From positions 1 to 51,284 of the forward strand of contig JAEVZS010000001.1 in the NCBI GenBank assembly GCA_023392125.1: a stretch of DNA of 51,284 nt, given 5' to 3'. Shown one piece after another: positions 19,269-29,900 of this stretch; within the stretch, counting starts at the first letter, position 1, and the number at the start of each line of letters is the position of its first letter. The position numbers were made by a program, and so were the translations under genes. The notes below the pieces were generated by a model. That model had not been told where the DNA came from and made no database searches. It saw only the letters and a list, made by a program, of their open reading frames with translations. This stretch comes from Bacteroidota bacterium (GTDB taxonomy: Bacteria > Bacteroidota > Bacteroidia > Cytophagales > Cytophagaceae).

Positions 19269-20339
19269 ATGAACGTATTGCCTGCTGATTTGGTAATTGC
19301 GCACAGAGGAACTACATTCTGGGCCCCTGAGGAAACAGAAGCTGCCATGCGCTGGGCCAGAAATATCGGAGCTGATTATCTGGAGCTTGATCTGCAGCGA
19401 ACCAGAGATGGCTACCTGATTGCTCTGCATGACGAAAGCCTGGTGAGAACAACCAATATCGAAGACGTATTTCCGGATCGTATCAATGAGCCTGTTTCTT
19501 CTTTTCTGTATGAGGAGCTTCTTTTGCTTGATGCCGGTACCTGGTTTAATAAAGCCTGCCCGGACAGAGCACGGGACAGGTATACCGGACTGGAAATTCT
19601 GCTTCTGGAAGATGTTATCAATATTGCAGAAGGGAAAAAGATTAAAAGAGGGCCGGATGGAAAGCGGCTTATGCGTGAGCAGGCCGGAAGCAGGAAAATA
19701 CCATTGTATGAAGATGATCCTGCTGATAATGGCAACAGACCCGGGATATATGCGGAAACCAAAATACCTCAGCTTTTCCCCGGTATTGAAGATGATCTTG
19801 TCAGAGAACTGACGAGGATGGGATGGTACCATGAAAACCCGGAAATGTTGAAATTAATCGAGGTTCCGGGAAAGGTAAAAGTTGCCAATACGATATCCCG
19901 TCTTGTTTTGCAGACGTTCTCCAGAGACAGTCTTCAAAAGCTTAATCAGGTTTTCAGCGGTTATGTTCCCAAGTGTTTTTTATTGTGGCGCGGAGATACC
20001 GGGGATGATATTCCCGACGACTCATCCGTGAGCTATGAGACCTGGCTGAAATTCGGAGTAAAGCACGGAGCCACAATCGTAGGACCGAGTATCGGAGGCG
20101 GTCCTAATAATTATCCGGATCTTCTCACTTTGTGGCACATAGATATAATAAGAAAATACCCTCTGCAGATTCACGGATATTCATTTGATACATGGGAGCA
20201 AATGCGTCAATACGGAAATGACTGCCATGGTATGTTTACTAACCGGGCAGAGGAGACGCTGGTTTGGTATGGTAAAGCAAAAGATGAGCAGCAAAGTGGG
20301 CAGCGGGCTGTAAAAGCGTTAGCTGATCTGGGGTACTAA
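19269..20339 (+). CDS. Glycerophosphodiester phosphodiesterase family protein
   Basis: The GDPD catalytic N-terminal signature is present (VIAHRGTTFWAPEETEAAMRWARNIGADYLELDLQRTRDGYLIALHDE). Confidence 0.75.
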   Translation: MNVLPADLVIAHRGTTFWAPEETEAAMRWARNIGADYLELDLQRTRDGYLIALHDESLVRTTNIEDVFPDRINEPVSSFLYEELLLLDAGTWFNKACPDRARDRYTGLEILLLEDVINIAEGKKIKRGPDGKRLMREQAGSRKIPLYEDDPADNGNRPGIYAETKIPQLFPGIEDDLVRELTRMGWYHENPEMLKLIEVPGKVKVANTISRLVLQTFSRDSLQKLNQVFSGYVPKCFLLWRGDTGDDIPDDSSVSYETWLKFGVKHGATIVGPSIGGGPNNYPDLLTLWHIDIIRKYPLQIHGYSFDTWEQMRQYGNDCHGMFTNRAEETLVWYGKAKDEQQSGQRAVKALADLGY

Positions 20340-21431
20340 AACCGGGTGTATACAGGGAATCTGAACGGTAAATCTGCTGCCCTTGTCTTTTTCGGAGAAA
20401 ACGTGAATCTGTCCGTTAATTTTCTGTACGGCTTCCTGGACAATATATAATCCGATACCGGAACCGGAGTTCTGAGTGGTGGCTCTGTAAAACATTTTAT
20501 AGATATCATTCAGATCCTGCTCATCGATTCCAATGCCATTGTCCTCTATTTCAATATAAGCGGTGGAGTTTTCAACCAGCACATTGATACGGATATACTT
20601 GTGCGGCTCATTGTGCTTCTGATATTTGATCGCGTTGGACAGAAGATTGTTTATAACTACCCTGATTCGGAATTCGTCCGTTACAAACGGCTCTTTGGCA
20701 TCTATTGTGCATTGAAAATCAATAGATGACGCGTTGTAATAATTGTTATAGCTTTTAATAGTTTCCCTGATGATTTTTTCAAAATCGATGGTTGTATAGC
20801 TGCTGGGAATACGGACATTTTTATAATAACTGATAATGTTCTCAATAAAAATCTCAAGCTGATTGATGCTATTGCTGATCATTGAAAAATATTTGTCCGG
20901 ATTCCGGTCTATACTTTCGAGACGGGCTACGTTCAGCAAACCTTTTATGGAAAGAATAGGAGCCTTCAGGTCATGAGAGGCACTGTAAATAAACCGATTG
21001 AGCTCTTCGTTGATCTTGTGAAGCTCTTTGTTTTTGAGATATAAATTACGTTTGGTACTGTATATTTCGTATGCGTTTTTTATAGCAATACGTATCTCAT
21101 GGTCATTCCAGGGTTTTTGGATATAACGATAGATATTGCCTTTGTTGATCGAATCAATAATTGTAGAAACATCGGTATATCCGGTCAGCAGAATTCGCAC
21201 AGGATCCGGGTACTTCTGAGCTACCTGTTCAAACAGCTCTATTCCGGTCATGCCAGGCATGCGCTGGTCTGCAATGATTACGTGTACCTGTTCTTTTTCC
21301 AGCAGGCTAAGAGCTTCCTGGCCGGAATTTGCAAGCAGAACTGTAAAGTCCAGCCGGAAGTTTGCCTTAAAACTGGAAAGATTGACAGATTCATCATCAA
21401 CATACAGTACTTTAATCAGCTCTTCTTCCAT
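20319..21431 (-). CDS. Hybrid receiver-histidine kinase (REC-HisKA-HATPase_c), no sensor domain
   Basis: The N-terminal receiver domain has the phosphoacceptor Asp (IIADQRMPGMTG). An H-box (SASHDLKAPI) and the HATPase G boxes (DNGIGID, GSGIGL) follow. It overlaps the 3' end of the glycerophosphodiester phosphodiesterase gene by 21 nt on the opposite strand. Confidence 0.8.
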   Translation of the reverse strand: MEEELIKVLYVDDESVNLSSFKANFRLDFTVLLANSGQEALSLLEKEQVHVIIADQRMPGMTGIELFEQVAQKYPDPVRILLTGYTDVSTIIDSINKGNIYRYIQKPWNDHEIRIAIKNAYEIYSTKRNLYLKNKELHKINEELNRFIYSASHDLKAPILSIKGLLNVARLESIDRNPDKYFSMISNSINQLEIFIENIISYYKNVRIPSSYTTIDFEKIIRETIKSYNNYYNASSIDFQCTIDAKEPFVTDEFRIRVVINNLLSNAIKYQKHNEPHKYIRINVLVENSTAYIEIEDNGIGIDEQDLNDIYKMFYRATTQNSGSGIGLYIVQEAVQKINGQIHVFSEKDKGSRFTVQIPCIHPVLVPQIS

Positions 21432-21454
21432 CGTTAATTTTTATATTGAGCAAA

Positions 21455-23650
21455 TTAACAAACATTTTTTTGATTTTTAGGAAGAATGAGAATGAATTCT
21501 GTTCCTTCACCTTCGGCTGAGTTGACCTGGATATCGCCGCCGTGGCTCTGGATAATACTGTATACAATAGATAAGCCAAGCCCCGTGCCTTCTCCGACAT
21601 CTTTTGTTGTAAAAAACGGTTCAAAAATTTTGCTTATAACACTCTGAGGAATGCCGGTTCCGTTATCCCTTATACTAATAGTTGCGTAACCATTATCGTC
21701 TTCGCCTGTGCTTATGACTATCAGGCCTTCTCCCGGTTTCTTATTGACTGCATGTACCGAGTTGCTTAGTATATTCATGAATACCTGGTTGATTTTTCCG
21801 GCATAGCATTCAATATCCTCATGGAGGTTATACTGCTTTACAACTTTTATATTATTTAGTTTATTGTTGAGCAGTATCAGGGTAGAATCAATGCCTTCAT
21901 GAATATTAACCAGCTTCAGCTCACTTTCATCAAGCCGTGAAAAATTGCGTAATCCTCTTACGATTTCAGTAGTCCGGGAGGCGCCTTCTTCTATTCCTTG
22001 CAGAATAGAATCAATTTCTTCTTTCAGGTAGGGCATATCCAGCCGCTTTTCCCAGGCATGTACAGTATCAAACTTTGATTTTATTTCCGGCTCCGATGAT
22101 ATGCCATGGTATTTGTCGAGAAGATCAAGTACAAAATTCATATCTCTTCTCAGGGGAGTTATACTGGAGCTTACAAAATTGATAGGATTATTTATTTCAT
22201 GCGCGATCCCTGCTGTAAGCTGACCCAGTGATGCCATTTTTTCTGATTCTACGAGCTTGGATTGTGTTTCTTTCAGATGTTTTAAGGCTATGGAAAGCTC
22301 ACTGTTGGTGCTTTTTAATTCCAGTGTACGTTCATTTACCTTCTTTTCAAGAATAAGATTTTGCTCAAGGATTAGTTTCTCATTTTCCTTAAGTGCATTG
22401 AAGGCTGCGGCCTGAGAAGCTTCTTTTTCTTTCTTGAGTACGTTGATCCTGTCGGCAAGGGCAAAGGACAGCAATATGACTTCAAAAGCGGAGCCTGCCT
22501 GCATCGTATATGCAGTAAAGTTGTTGTATGGCAGAATGCCCAGATTGGAAAGAACAAAAAAACATATCCCCACAAGAAAGATTGACCATGCTATCAGAAA
22601 GATCTTTGCCTGACGATCTCCCCGGATAGTAAGAATAATTCCGACAAAGAGAATGGAAACGGAACCAAAGCTTGCTATAAACTGGATAATCTGCAGACTT
22701 AATGTATAATATTCGATGATGCTGATCACCATGCTCAGAATATAGCATCCTATGAAAATATTTAGCAGGAAATTCATCCAGGGCGCCTGCTCTTTTACTC
22801 TTAAAAATCGTTTTAGAAATGCAGCAACAGCAATACCGCTGAATGCAGGAGTAAAAAATGTGCTTTGTGTAGCCAGCCACTGTGATTCCGGCCATAAATA
22901 TTTGAAAGTATATCCCTGAAGACAGGCCTGAGTAAGTCCTACTGTAAAGATATAAATTACATAATAGATGTAATTGGTGTCTTTTACAGTAAAGTACAGA
23001 AATATATTGTAAAAGAACATGGCGAGAATAATGCCGAAATAAATTCCGAATACAATATCTTTTGTAGCAATACCCTCCAGAATGGACTTTTGTGTGCCGA
23101 TTTGTGCCGGAATCTGAAGTTGTTCGGTATTCTTGATTTTTAAGTAATAGGTTTTGGTTTCATTGGGCAAAATGGGAAGATCAAACAGATAATGCGGATG
23201 ATCATAGTTCCGGTGTCCGTAATTCTGAAATTCACCAAGCAGCTCGGATGTGTAACCTTCTCCGTTGTAGTGAAACAATTCGATACGGTCGATAACCGGA
23301 TTCTGGACCTCCAGAACCAGCATTTCTTCCCGGGTAAGATTTTGTATAGTGAATTTTACCCAAAAAGTAGATTTGGAAATTCCAAGATTGGGTACTATTT
23401 GAGTATTTTCCTTAAAAGCTGGGTTTTTAAGAATGTCGTCCAGAGTCAGATTGTTTTCAAAATCTTCGAGAATATAAAAGTAGGGACTTATGGTTATATT
23501 TTTGACAGGGTCAGAATATTGAATGACACTTTGGGGTATTCCTGTCTGGGTATAAAGAAAAAATACCTGAAAAAAGAAAAAGCTTTTTATTAGGTACTTT
23601 GGGGTACTATATAGCCTGTTTAAGCTTATTTTTATTAATTGACAGATCAT
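21455..23650 (-). CDS. 7TM-DISM (7TMR-DISMED2 extracellular domain plus 7TM) sensor histidine kinase
   Basis: A signal peptide and a ~200-aa periplasmic domain are followed by seven hydrophobic helices. A coiled coil, an H-box (GIAHEINNPINFV) and HATPase_c (DNGTGIP, GTGLGLSIV) complete the protein. Its 5' end overlaps the upstream gene by 44 nt. Confidence 0.8.
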   Translation of the reverse strand: MICQLIKISLNRLYSTPKYLIKSFFFFQVFFLYTQTGIPQSVIQYSDPVKNITISPYFYILEDFENNLTLDDILKNPAFKENTQIVPNLGISKSTFWVKFTIQNLTREEMLVLEVQNPVIDRIELFHYNGEGYTSELLGEFQNYGHRNYDHPHYLFDLPILPNETKTYYLKIKNTEQLQIPAQIGTQKSILEGIATKDIVFGIYFGIILAMFFYNIFLYFTVKDTNYIYYVIYIFTVGLTQACLQGYTFKYLWPESQWLATQSTFFTPAFSGIAVAAFLKRFLRVKEQAPWMNFLLNIFIGCYILSMVISIIEYYTLSLQIIQFIASFGSVSILFVGIILTIRGDRQAKIFLIAWSIFLVGICFFVLSNLGILPYNNFTAYTMQAGSAFEVILLSFALADRINVLKKEKEASQAAAFNALKENEKLILEQNLILEKKVNERTLELKSTNSELSIALKHLKETQSKLVESEKMASLGQLTAGIAHEINNPINFVSSSITPLRRDMNFVLDLLDKYHGISSEPEIKSKFDTVHAWEKRLDMPYLKEEIDSILQGIEEGASRTTEIVRGLRNFSRLDESELKLVNIHEGIDSTLILLNNKLNNIKVVKQYNLHEDIECYAGKINQVFMNILSNSVHAVNKKPGEGLIVISTGEDDNGYATISIRDNGTGIPQSVISKIFEPFFTTKDVGEGTGLGLSIVYSIIQSHGGDIQVNSAEGEGTEFILILPKNQKNVC

Positions 23651-24353
23651 ATTCGATGGATAGCGATCCCCGCAATGTCGTTTCGACTTTTAGTTGGTTT
23701 GGGGTGTTTCTTAAATCAAGAATAAACTCTCTTTCGGAAGGAAGGGTTTTGGAAAGCCCGATCGGGTCGTTCATAAGAAGAGCAGTGGCGATCAGATCAC
23801 TTTTGGGATAGTTGAAAGCTCCTCTGTTTCCGAGAGAGCGTTCGATTTCAAAACCGGATTTGAGGCAGTTGCGTAAAGTAGCGGGTGCGCAAAGAGCAAA
23901 TAAGGAGTTTATGTTGAGCTGGCTAACCACAGCAATGCTCGTCCGGCCCAGAAATATGCTTCCCAATCCGTACCCGGCGACCTCCCTGGAGTTCCACAAG
24001 CCGCATAGCTCACCGGTTCCGCCCTGGGATTTTTCGGCTACCAGCTGCGTTACATTGCTGTCAAGCTCGGCAATGGCATCTTCGATCGGCAGGGAGTGAA
24101 TACCATCAGCAATCTGAATCCGGGCGCCGCCATATACTTTGTCACCGTATAGCGACTCAAGCATGATGATATAGCAGTTGGGGTTATCCAGCCAGACAGG
24201 TTTGGCTGAGGTGATATGAGCTATATCAAAGACCTTGAGCACATGTTGATGACCCTCCAGGTATCTTTCGCAGGACAGACGATCGTCGACTGCTCTGAAG
24301 GCCCTAAATTTTAAGGCTTTAATTTCGTTAGCTGAGTCCAAAATAATATCCAT
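23607..24353 (-). CDS. GNAT-fold acyltransferase-like protein (resembles Acetyltransf_5 / N-acyl amino acid synthase and autoinducer-synthase-like families)
   Basis: 248 aa. The N-terminal KFRAFRAVDDRL resembles the conserved RxxVF start of FeeM/LuxI-like N-acyltransferases. A GNAT-like motif is present (GELCGLWNSREVAGYGLG). The family is not resolved without a profile search. Confidence 0.4.
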   Translation of the reverse strand: MDIILDSANEIKALKFRAFRAVDDRLSCERYLEGHQHVLKVFDIAHITSAKPVWLDNPNCYIIMLESLYGDKVYGGARIQIADGIHSLPIEDAIAELDSNVTQLVAEKSQGGTGELCGLWNSREVAGYGLGSIFLGRTSIAVVSQLNINSLFALCAPATLRNCLKSGFEIERSLGNRGAFNYPKSDLIATALLMNDPIGLSKTLPSEREFILDLRNTPNQLKVETTLRGSLSIEYDLSINKNKLKQAI

Positions 24354-24424
24354 TTATTGGTTCAAAGATACGTTAATATATGCAAGATAATTTAATTGTG
24401 TTAAAAATATTACATTAATATTGC

Positions 24425-25528
24425 TTATTTATCTCTGATTAAATCTTCAAGATCGATGAAGAATCGCCCCGAAATTTTCAGATTTCCTGTAAAAATACGA
24501 CGACAAATATCGGCTGAAATACCACCACCAAGTACTACTGCTGATGCAAGCTGAGGCCAGGTGGTAATTGTTTTACCGATCTGATTCAGTGAGTATTTCA
24601 TTCGATCAGAAAGTGTTTCATAACCAGCAATAGAAAAAATGTAAGGCAAAATTTCCTCTTTTGTTTTTTCTTTTATGAGATCGTAAGTTAATCCCGGAAC
24701 TTTTCCGTGAAAAAGCGGACGATCAGGCTCAAGATCAAAACGCTCAATATCTATGGTGGCTCGGTCACTCGCTTCCATTAAAACCGGAATTCCATATTGT
24801 CTGGCTTTTTCCCGGCATAGGACTTTAATTTCAACTCCATCACACTCATCTATAATGATATCCAGCTTTCCATTGTTTGTTATAAACTGTTCTATATTAT
24901 CTTCTGTAATTCCTTCCGGGAATACAGTCACTTTCAGAAACGGATCTATTTCTGCGATTTCACGTGCTGTAATTACGACTTTTGACAACCCAAGGTTGTG
25001 TATACCGGTACGAATTCGATTCAGATTGCTTAATTCGATCGTATCAAAATCAGCTATGCGTATTTCGCCGAAGGAACGTTCTATTGCCATCGTTACGGCA
25101 ACAGATTGACCTACAGACATTCCGATTACTCCTACTCTCTTCTGTGAAAGAATGGCTTCTTCTTCCGGCGTAATCTTGAATAGATTTCTCGATGTACGTA
25201 ATTCTATAAATTCCTGCTCATCAAGTATGTGTACAATATTTGCAGACCAGGGATAATATACCCATACACCGTAATCTTTCGTATCTGTGCCGTTTAGAAG
25301 CCCGGCTACGGCTTCTGAAAGCTGGTGACCTGAAAGTTTTTTATCCGGGTTTCTGATCTTGACTAATTCAGAAAGCTGGCTTTTTATCTCGTCGAAGATT
25401 CTGATATGTGGATCTTTTTGTAGCAATTCATTGAATAAAAGCCTGTCATCCGGATTGTACAAGCGAAAAAAAGAGGGGTGAATGCAGGCCTCTGCAATTT
25501 TGTCAGGGGTAGTAGAGTGTTTATTCAT
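24425..25528 (-). CDS. ThiF/MoeB/E1-like adenylyltransferase family protein with ~130-aa N-terminal extension
   Basis: A Rossmann-type motif (RVGVIGMSVGQSVAV) is followed by the E1 signature (DFDTIELSNLNRI). No rhodanese domain and no CxxC zinc motif are present. Confidence 0.55.
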   Translation of the reverse strand: MNKHSTTPDKIAEACIHPSFFRLYNPDDRLLFNELLQKDPHIRIFDEIKSQLSELVKIRNPDKKLSGHQLSEAVAGLLNGTDTKDYGVWVYYPWSANIVHILDEQEFIELRTSRNLFKITPEEEAILSQKRVGVIGMSVGQSVAVTMAIERSFGEIRIADFDTIELSNLNRIRTGIHNLGLSKVVITAREIAEIDPFLKVTVFPEGITEDNIEQFITNNGKLDIIIDECDGVEIKVLCREKARQYGIPVLMEASDRATIDIERFDLEPDRPLFHGKVPGLTYDLIKEKTKEEILPYIFSIAGYETLSDRMKYSLNQIGKTITTWPQLASAVVLGGGISADICRRIFTGNLKISGRFFIDLEDLIRDK

Positions 25529-25727
25529 AGCAGACGAATTTACCGAATATTGTCCTAAAAAGTTATGTTATTTTAAGTGATTGTCCTATCTGAAGTAGTT
25601 TTTTTGCATTGTTTACATATATTATCTTAATATAATTAAGATTTTTAATAAATTGTACTATTGTTTCAGTCGTTGTATTTTAAAGACGTTTTTCCGTACT
25701 CCAGAAAAAAATAAGAAGAAATAATTT

Positions 25728-26192
25728 ATGGATAATATTTTAATCAATGTCCTGTACGTAGATGATGAAATTAATAATCTCAATATGTTCAAGGCAACAT
25801 TTCGGTTTACTTATAATGTGTTTATTGCCAACTCTCCGGCAGAAGGCGTAAAAATTCTTGATGAGAATGAGATTCATGTTATAATTACCGATCAGCGTAT
25901 GCCTGAAATGACGGGAGTACAGTTTTTAAAGTCTATTCTTGACAAACATCCTGAACCGATCAGAATATTACTGACTGGCTACAGTGATATTAATGCTGTG
26001 ATTGATGCTGTTAATCAGGGACAGATTTATCAATATATAAGCAAGCCCTGGGATGAAAACCAGATAAAGCTTGTTATTGAGAAAGCCTTTGAAGTTTTTT
26101 CTCTGAGAAAAGAAAATAAGGAATTACTTAAGAAACTGACTCAGGCAAATCAGCAGCTTGAGTTTCTTTTGAGACAGAAGCTGATTTCATAA
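25728..26192 (+). CDS. Stand-alone response-regulator receiver protein with short C-terminal coiled coil
   Basis: 154 aa. The receiver has the phosphoacceptor context IITDQRMPEMTG. It is closely paralogous to the receiver of the hybrid kinase at 20319..21431. Compare VLYVDDESVNLSSFKANFR with VLYVDDEINNLNMFKATFR. Confidence 0.75.
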   Translation: MDNILINVLYVDDEINNLNMFKATFRFTYNVFIANSPAEGVKILDENEIHVIITDQRMPEMTGVQFLKSILDKHPEPIRILLTGYSDINAVIDAVNQGQIYQYISKPWDENQIKLVIEKAFEVFSLRKENKELLKKLTQANQQLEFLLRQKLIS

Positions 26193-26842
26193 TTCTTTTT
26201 TATTCTCAGCCAGATTTCCATGACGTTGTATATCTATATCAGAAATACGACTGTCTGATAACGATTTTTCTGTCTTTATCCTTAATTATGTATGAAGATG
26301 GGGCGATTTGAAATAGTCCGGATTATTTGAAACAAAATAGTCCGGATTTTTTTATTGCGATAGAATCTGTATTGGCAGGATCACTATTTGATATATCACT
26401 TGTATATCTGATCGTCGGAAAAATGAAATTATATGATTTCATCGCGCTTATTTTTCATATGTATGACTATTTCTTACTGGTATATTTAGCAAAAACTCTT
26501 CATTACTTCCTGTATTGTTGTCTGATTAATTAATGTGGCTATGAATTTCTTTTTCTTTGGATTGAAATGCGGGATAGAGTATAAAAAGCTCTGATAATAA
26601 TTTCTTAGTTTTTTAATAATATTTTGATAATAAATTATTTATTGTAGTTGTTTGTCATGCTAGGGTGATAATAATGTATCCTTCCTTTTCTGCATAGGTC
26701 GCTTTTTCATAAATGCATATTGTTGTTTTTGATTTATCAGATGTAATTATTCAGGATAATTCTTGGATATTTTTTCAGTGTTTAAACTTTTTTATTGATT
26801 GGGTAAATGGATGGTTGAATTATCTGATTATTTATCATAAAA

Positions 26843-26873
26843 AAGAGGCTGCCTGATAAGGGCAGCCTCTTTA
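26843..26873 (-). terminator. Intrinsic terminator downstream of the giant adhesin gene
   Basis: Plus-strand AAAAAAGAGGCTGCC-tgataag-GGCAGCCTCTTTAC: a 10-bp stem with an A/T run on both sides. Confidence 0.65.
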
Positions 26874-26901
26874 CTTTCAAAAATTAATAATTAAGAAATA
26901 A

Positions 26902-29900
26902 TTACTTCTTAATTATTTTTCTGGTCTCAATCTGATCTCCTGAAATAACTTTCAGAATGTATACACCAGAGCTCATTCTTAACTCAGACAAGTTTAGTTC
27001 TCTGCTGGATTCGATCGGCATTGATCCGGAGTAATACTCTTTACCGCTCATGTCGGTAATGATTACCTGGGAAGTAGCTGATGCGTCTCCGGAAACATTA
27101 ATTACTATGTTATTGTCTGCAGGATTCGGATAGGTTTCTATGTTCGAAATCCTTAAGGAGCTGACAATATAGAAAGTAATTTCACTTGTCGGACCAGAGA
27201 TACCGGTAGCATTCAATTCTGAATATGGAGTTGTTTTCAGAACGTATGTACCAGGAGCCGGGCAGCACCATGGCGTATAATCTCCGTTAATATCAGAGAA
27301 TAGTGAGAATGGAACCTCATTTTCTATTCTGTCATAATTATTATCGGAGAAATCGAAATATACGCTATGAGTTACGTTATTGGCGTTGGCTCTGATGCTT
27401 ATCTGACTTGGCAGATTTGCCAGGTTAAGCGTTTGACCATTGACAAGCGGTCCGATATCAGTATTTGTACCTGCATTTACCAGAGTATATGATACTATGG
27501 TCGGTATGCGGCTGTCTATGATTTGGAACTCGATTGCCTGGCCTACGCCGGCAGATCCGCTGGCATTGTTGCCAGTATATGGTGTTGCAGACAGGTTATA
27601 AGTGCCAACATTGGCACAACACCAGGAGTTGTAGTTGCCATTATTGTCTCCGAAAAGAGCAAATGGCGCACCATTCTCGGTTCTTCCTCCCGGATGAGCA
27701 GAGAAGATAAATACAACACTCTTTGTTGTTGCCAGGTCATATACGTTTGCACGGATATTGATTCCTGCCGGCAGAGTTGCCAGATCAAGTATATCACCAT
27801 CATACAGAGTGGCAATATCTGTGTTGTTGGTAGCATTAACCAGCGTAAACGAGGTTACTGCGTTCTGGCATACCTGAACAGTTACTGAAGCAGAAGATCT
27901 CGAAGAACTTGAGCATCCGCCCAATGTAGCTTCTGCATAGTAAGTTGTGCTGGAGGTAAGCACGGGACTTGTAAATGAACTGCCGGTATGGACCGGTGTT
28001 CCGCCTGATGCTGCAGTATACCAGTTGATGGTTGCTCCCGGGTCAGCAGTAGCTGTAAAGGAAGCAGTTTCACCAGCGCATATGGTTCTGCTAGAAGGTG
28101 TAACTACCGGAGCCGAAGGAGCAGCATTTATGGTAACAACTGCCGGACTTCTTGACACAAGGCTCGTACAGCTTCCTATAGTTGCTTCCGCATAATAGGT
28201 AGCCGGAGAGGTCAGAGCAGGAGTTGTAAAACTGCTTCCTGTATGGACAGGCGTACCTCCTGATGCTACAGCATACCAGTTGATGCTTGCTCCAGGCGAA
28301 GAAGTAGCACTAAACGTAGCAGTCTGTCCGGAGCAAATGCTCTCTGTCGGAGGAGATACTACAGGCGCACTTGGAGCAGAAGTGATGGTTACACTGGCTG
28401 CTGTTCTTGTAGCGCTTGTGCAGGTACCGGAGATTGCTTCAACATAATACGTCGTATTGGCGGTCAGGGCAGGAGTGGTAAATGAGCTGCCTGTAGCAAT
28501 AGGCGTTCCGCCTGATGCTGCTGTATACCAGCTGAATGTACCTGTACCGCTTGCAGTAAATGTAGCAGTCTGCCCGGAGCATATAGAAGCGCTTGGCGGG
28601 GTTACTGTCGGAGCCGAAGGTGCAGTAGTAACTGTAACGTTTACAGCTGTCCTTGTCGCGCTTGAGCAGCTTCCTGAAGTAGCGCTTACATAATACGTGG
28701 TATTTGATGTGAGCGCCGGGGTAGTATAGGTACTTCCTGTAAATATGGCAGTGCCACCTGAAGGTACGGTATACCAGCTGAATGTACCTGTTCCACTTGC
28801 AGTAAATGTAGCAGTCTGTCCGGAGCAGATAGAAGCACTTGAAGGTGTAACTGTTGGAGCAGACGGTGCAGAATTTACTGTAACATTCACAGCTGTTCTT
28901 GTAGCACTGGTACATGTTCCGGAAGTTGCACTTACATAATACGTAGTATTAGATGTCAATGCCGGAGTTGTAAACGTGTTTCCTGTGTAAACAGGTGTTC
29001 CGCCTGATGCGACAATATACCAGCTAAATGTGCCGGTTCCGCTTGCAGTAAATGTAGCAGTCTGTCCGGAGCAGATAGAAGCGCTTGACGGTGTTACCGT
29101 TGGTGCGGCCGGAGTCGCATTTACTGTAACAGTAACCGCTGTTCTTGTCGCGCTGGCACAGCTTCCTGAAGTGGCACCTGCATAGTAGGTTGTTGTAGCA
29201 GTCAGCGCCGGAGTGGTAAATGAGCTGCCCGTAGCAATTGCTGTTCCGCCTGAAGGTACGGTATACCAGCTAAATGTACCGGTACCGCTTGCAGTAAATG
29301 TAGCCGTCTGCCCGGAGCAGATAGAAGCGCTTGACGGTGTAACCGTTGGTGCGGCCGGAACCGGATTTACAGTAACGGTAACTGCTCTGCGGTTTGTACT
29401 GGAGCATGCGCCGTTGTTGGCTGCTACATAATACGTAGTAGTAGCGGTCAGAGCCGGAGTAGTAAAGGTGTTTCCGGTAAATATCGGACTACCTCCGGAT
29501 GATGTCGCATACCACCAGCCAGTGCTGCCGGAAGGAGCAGTCATATTGAAGATAGCTGTCTGTCCAGAGCATATAGTTGCGCTGGCAGGAGATACCGTTG
29601 GTGTTGCCGGAACACTTCTGACCTGAATGCTTACCGGTGTTCTCGGGCTTGCACAGCTTCCCTGAATCACATCTGCATAGAAAGTAATGTTTGATGTTAA
29701 AACAGGTGTGGTATAGGTTGTACCCGTATACAGAGGAGTGCCTCCGGAAGGAACGATATACCATCTGGCAGTACCGGGAGGAGATGTTACTGTAAGTGTA
29801 GTAGTCTGTCCGGAACAAATAGTGTCAGCAGCTGGCACTACGATCGGTGCAACCGGAGTCGGATTTACAGTGACAGTAACTGCTGTTCTTGTTACACTAG

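Noticed and set aside
23607-24353. Possibility that the 248-aa GNAT-fold protein is a LuxI-type acyl-homoserine-lactone synthase
   Set aside because: Only the N-terminal RxxVF-like motif resembles LuxI. The conserved acidic cluster and C-terminal acyl-ACP-binding features could not be recognised by eye. It is kept as a generic N-acyltransferase-like protein pending a profile search.
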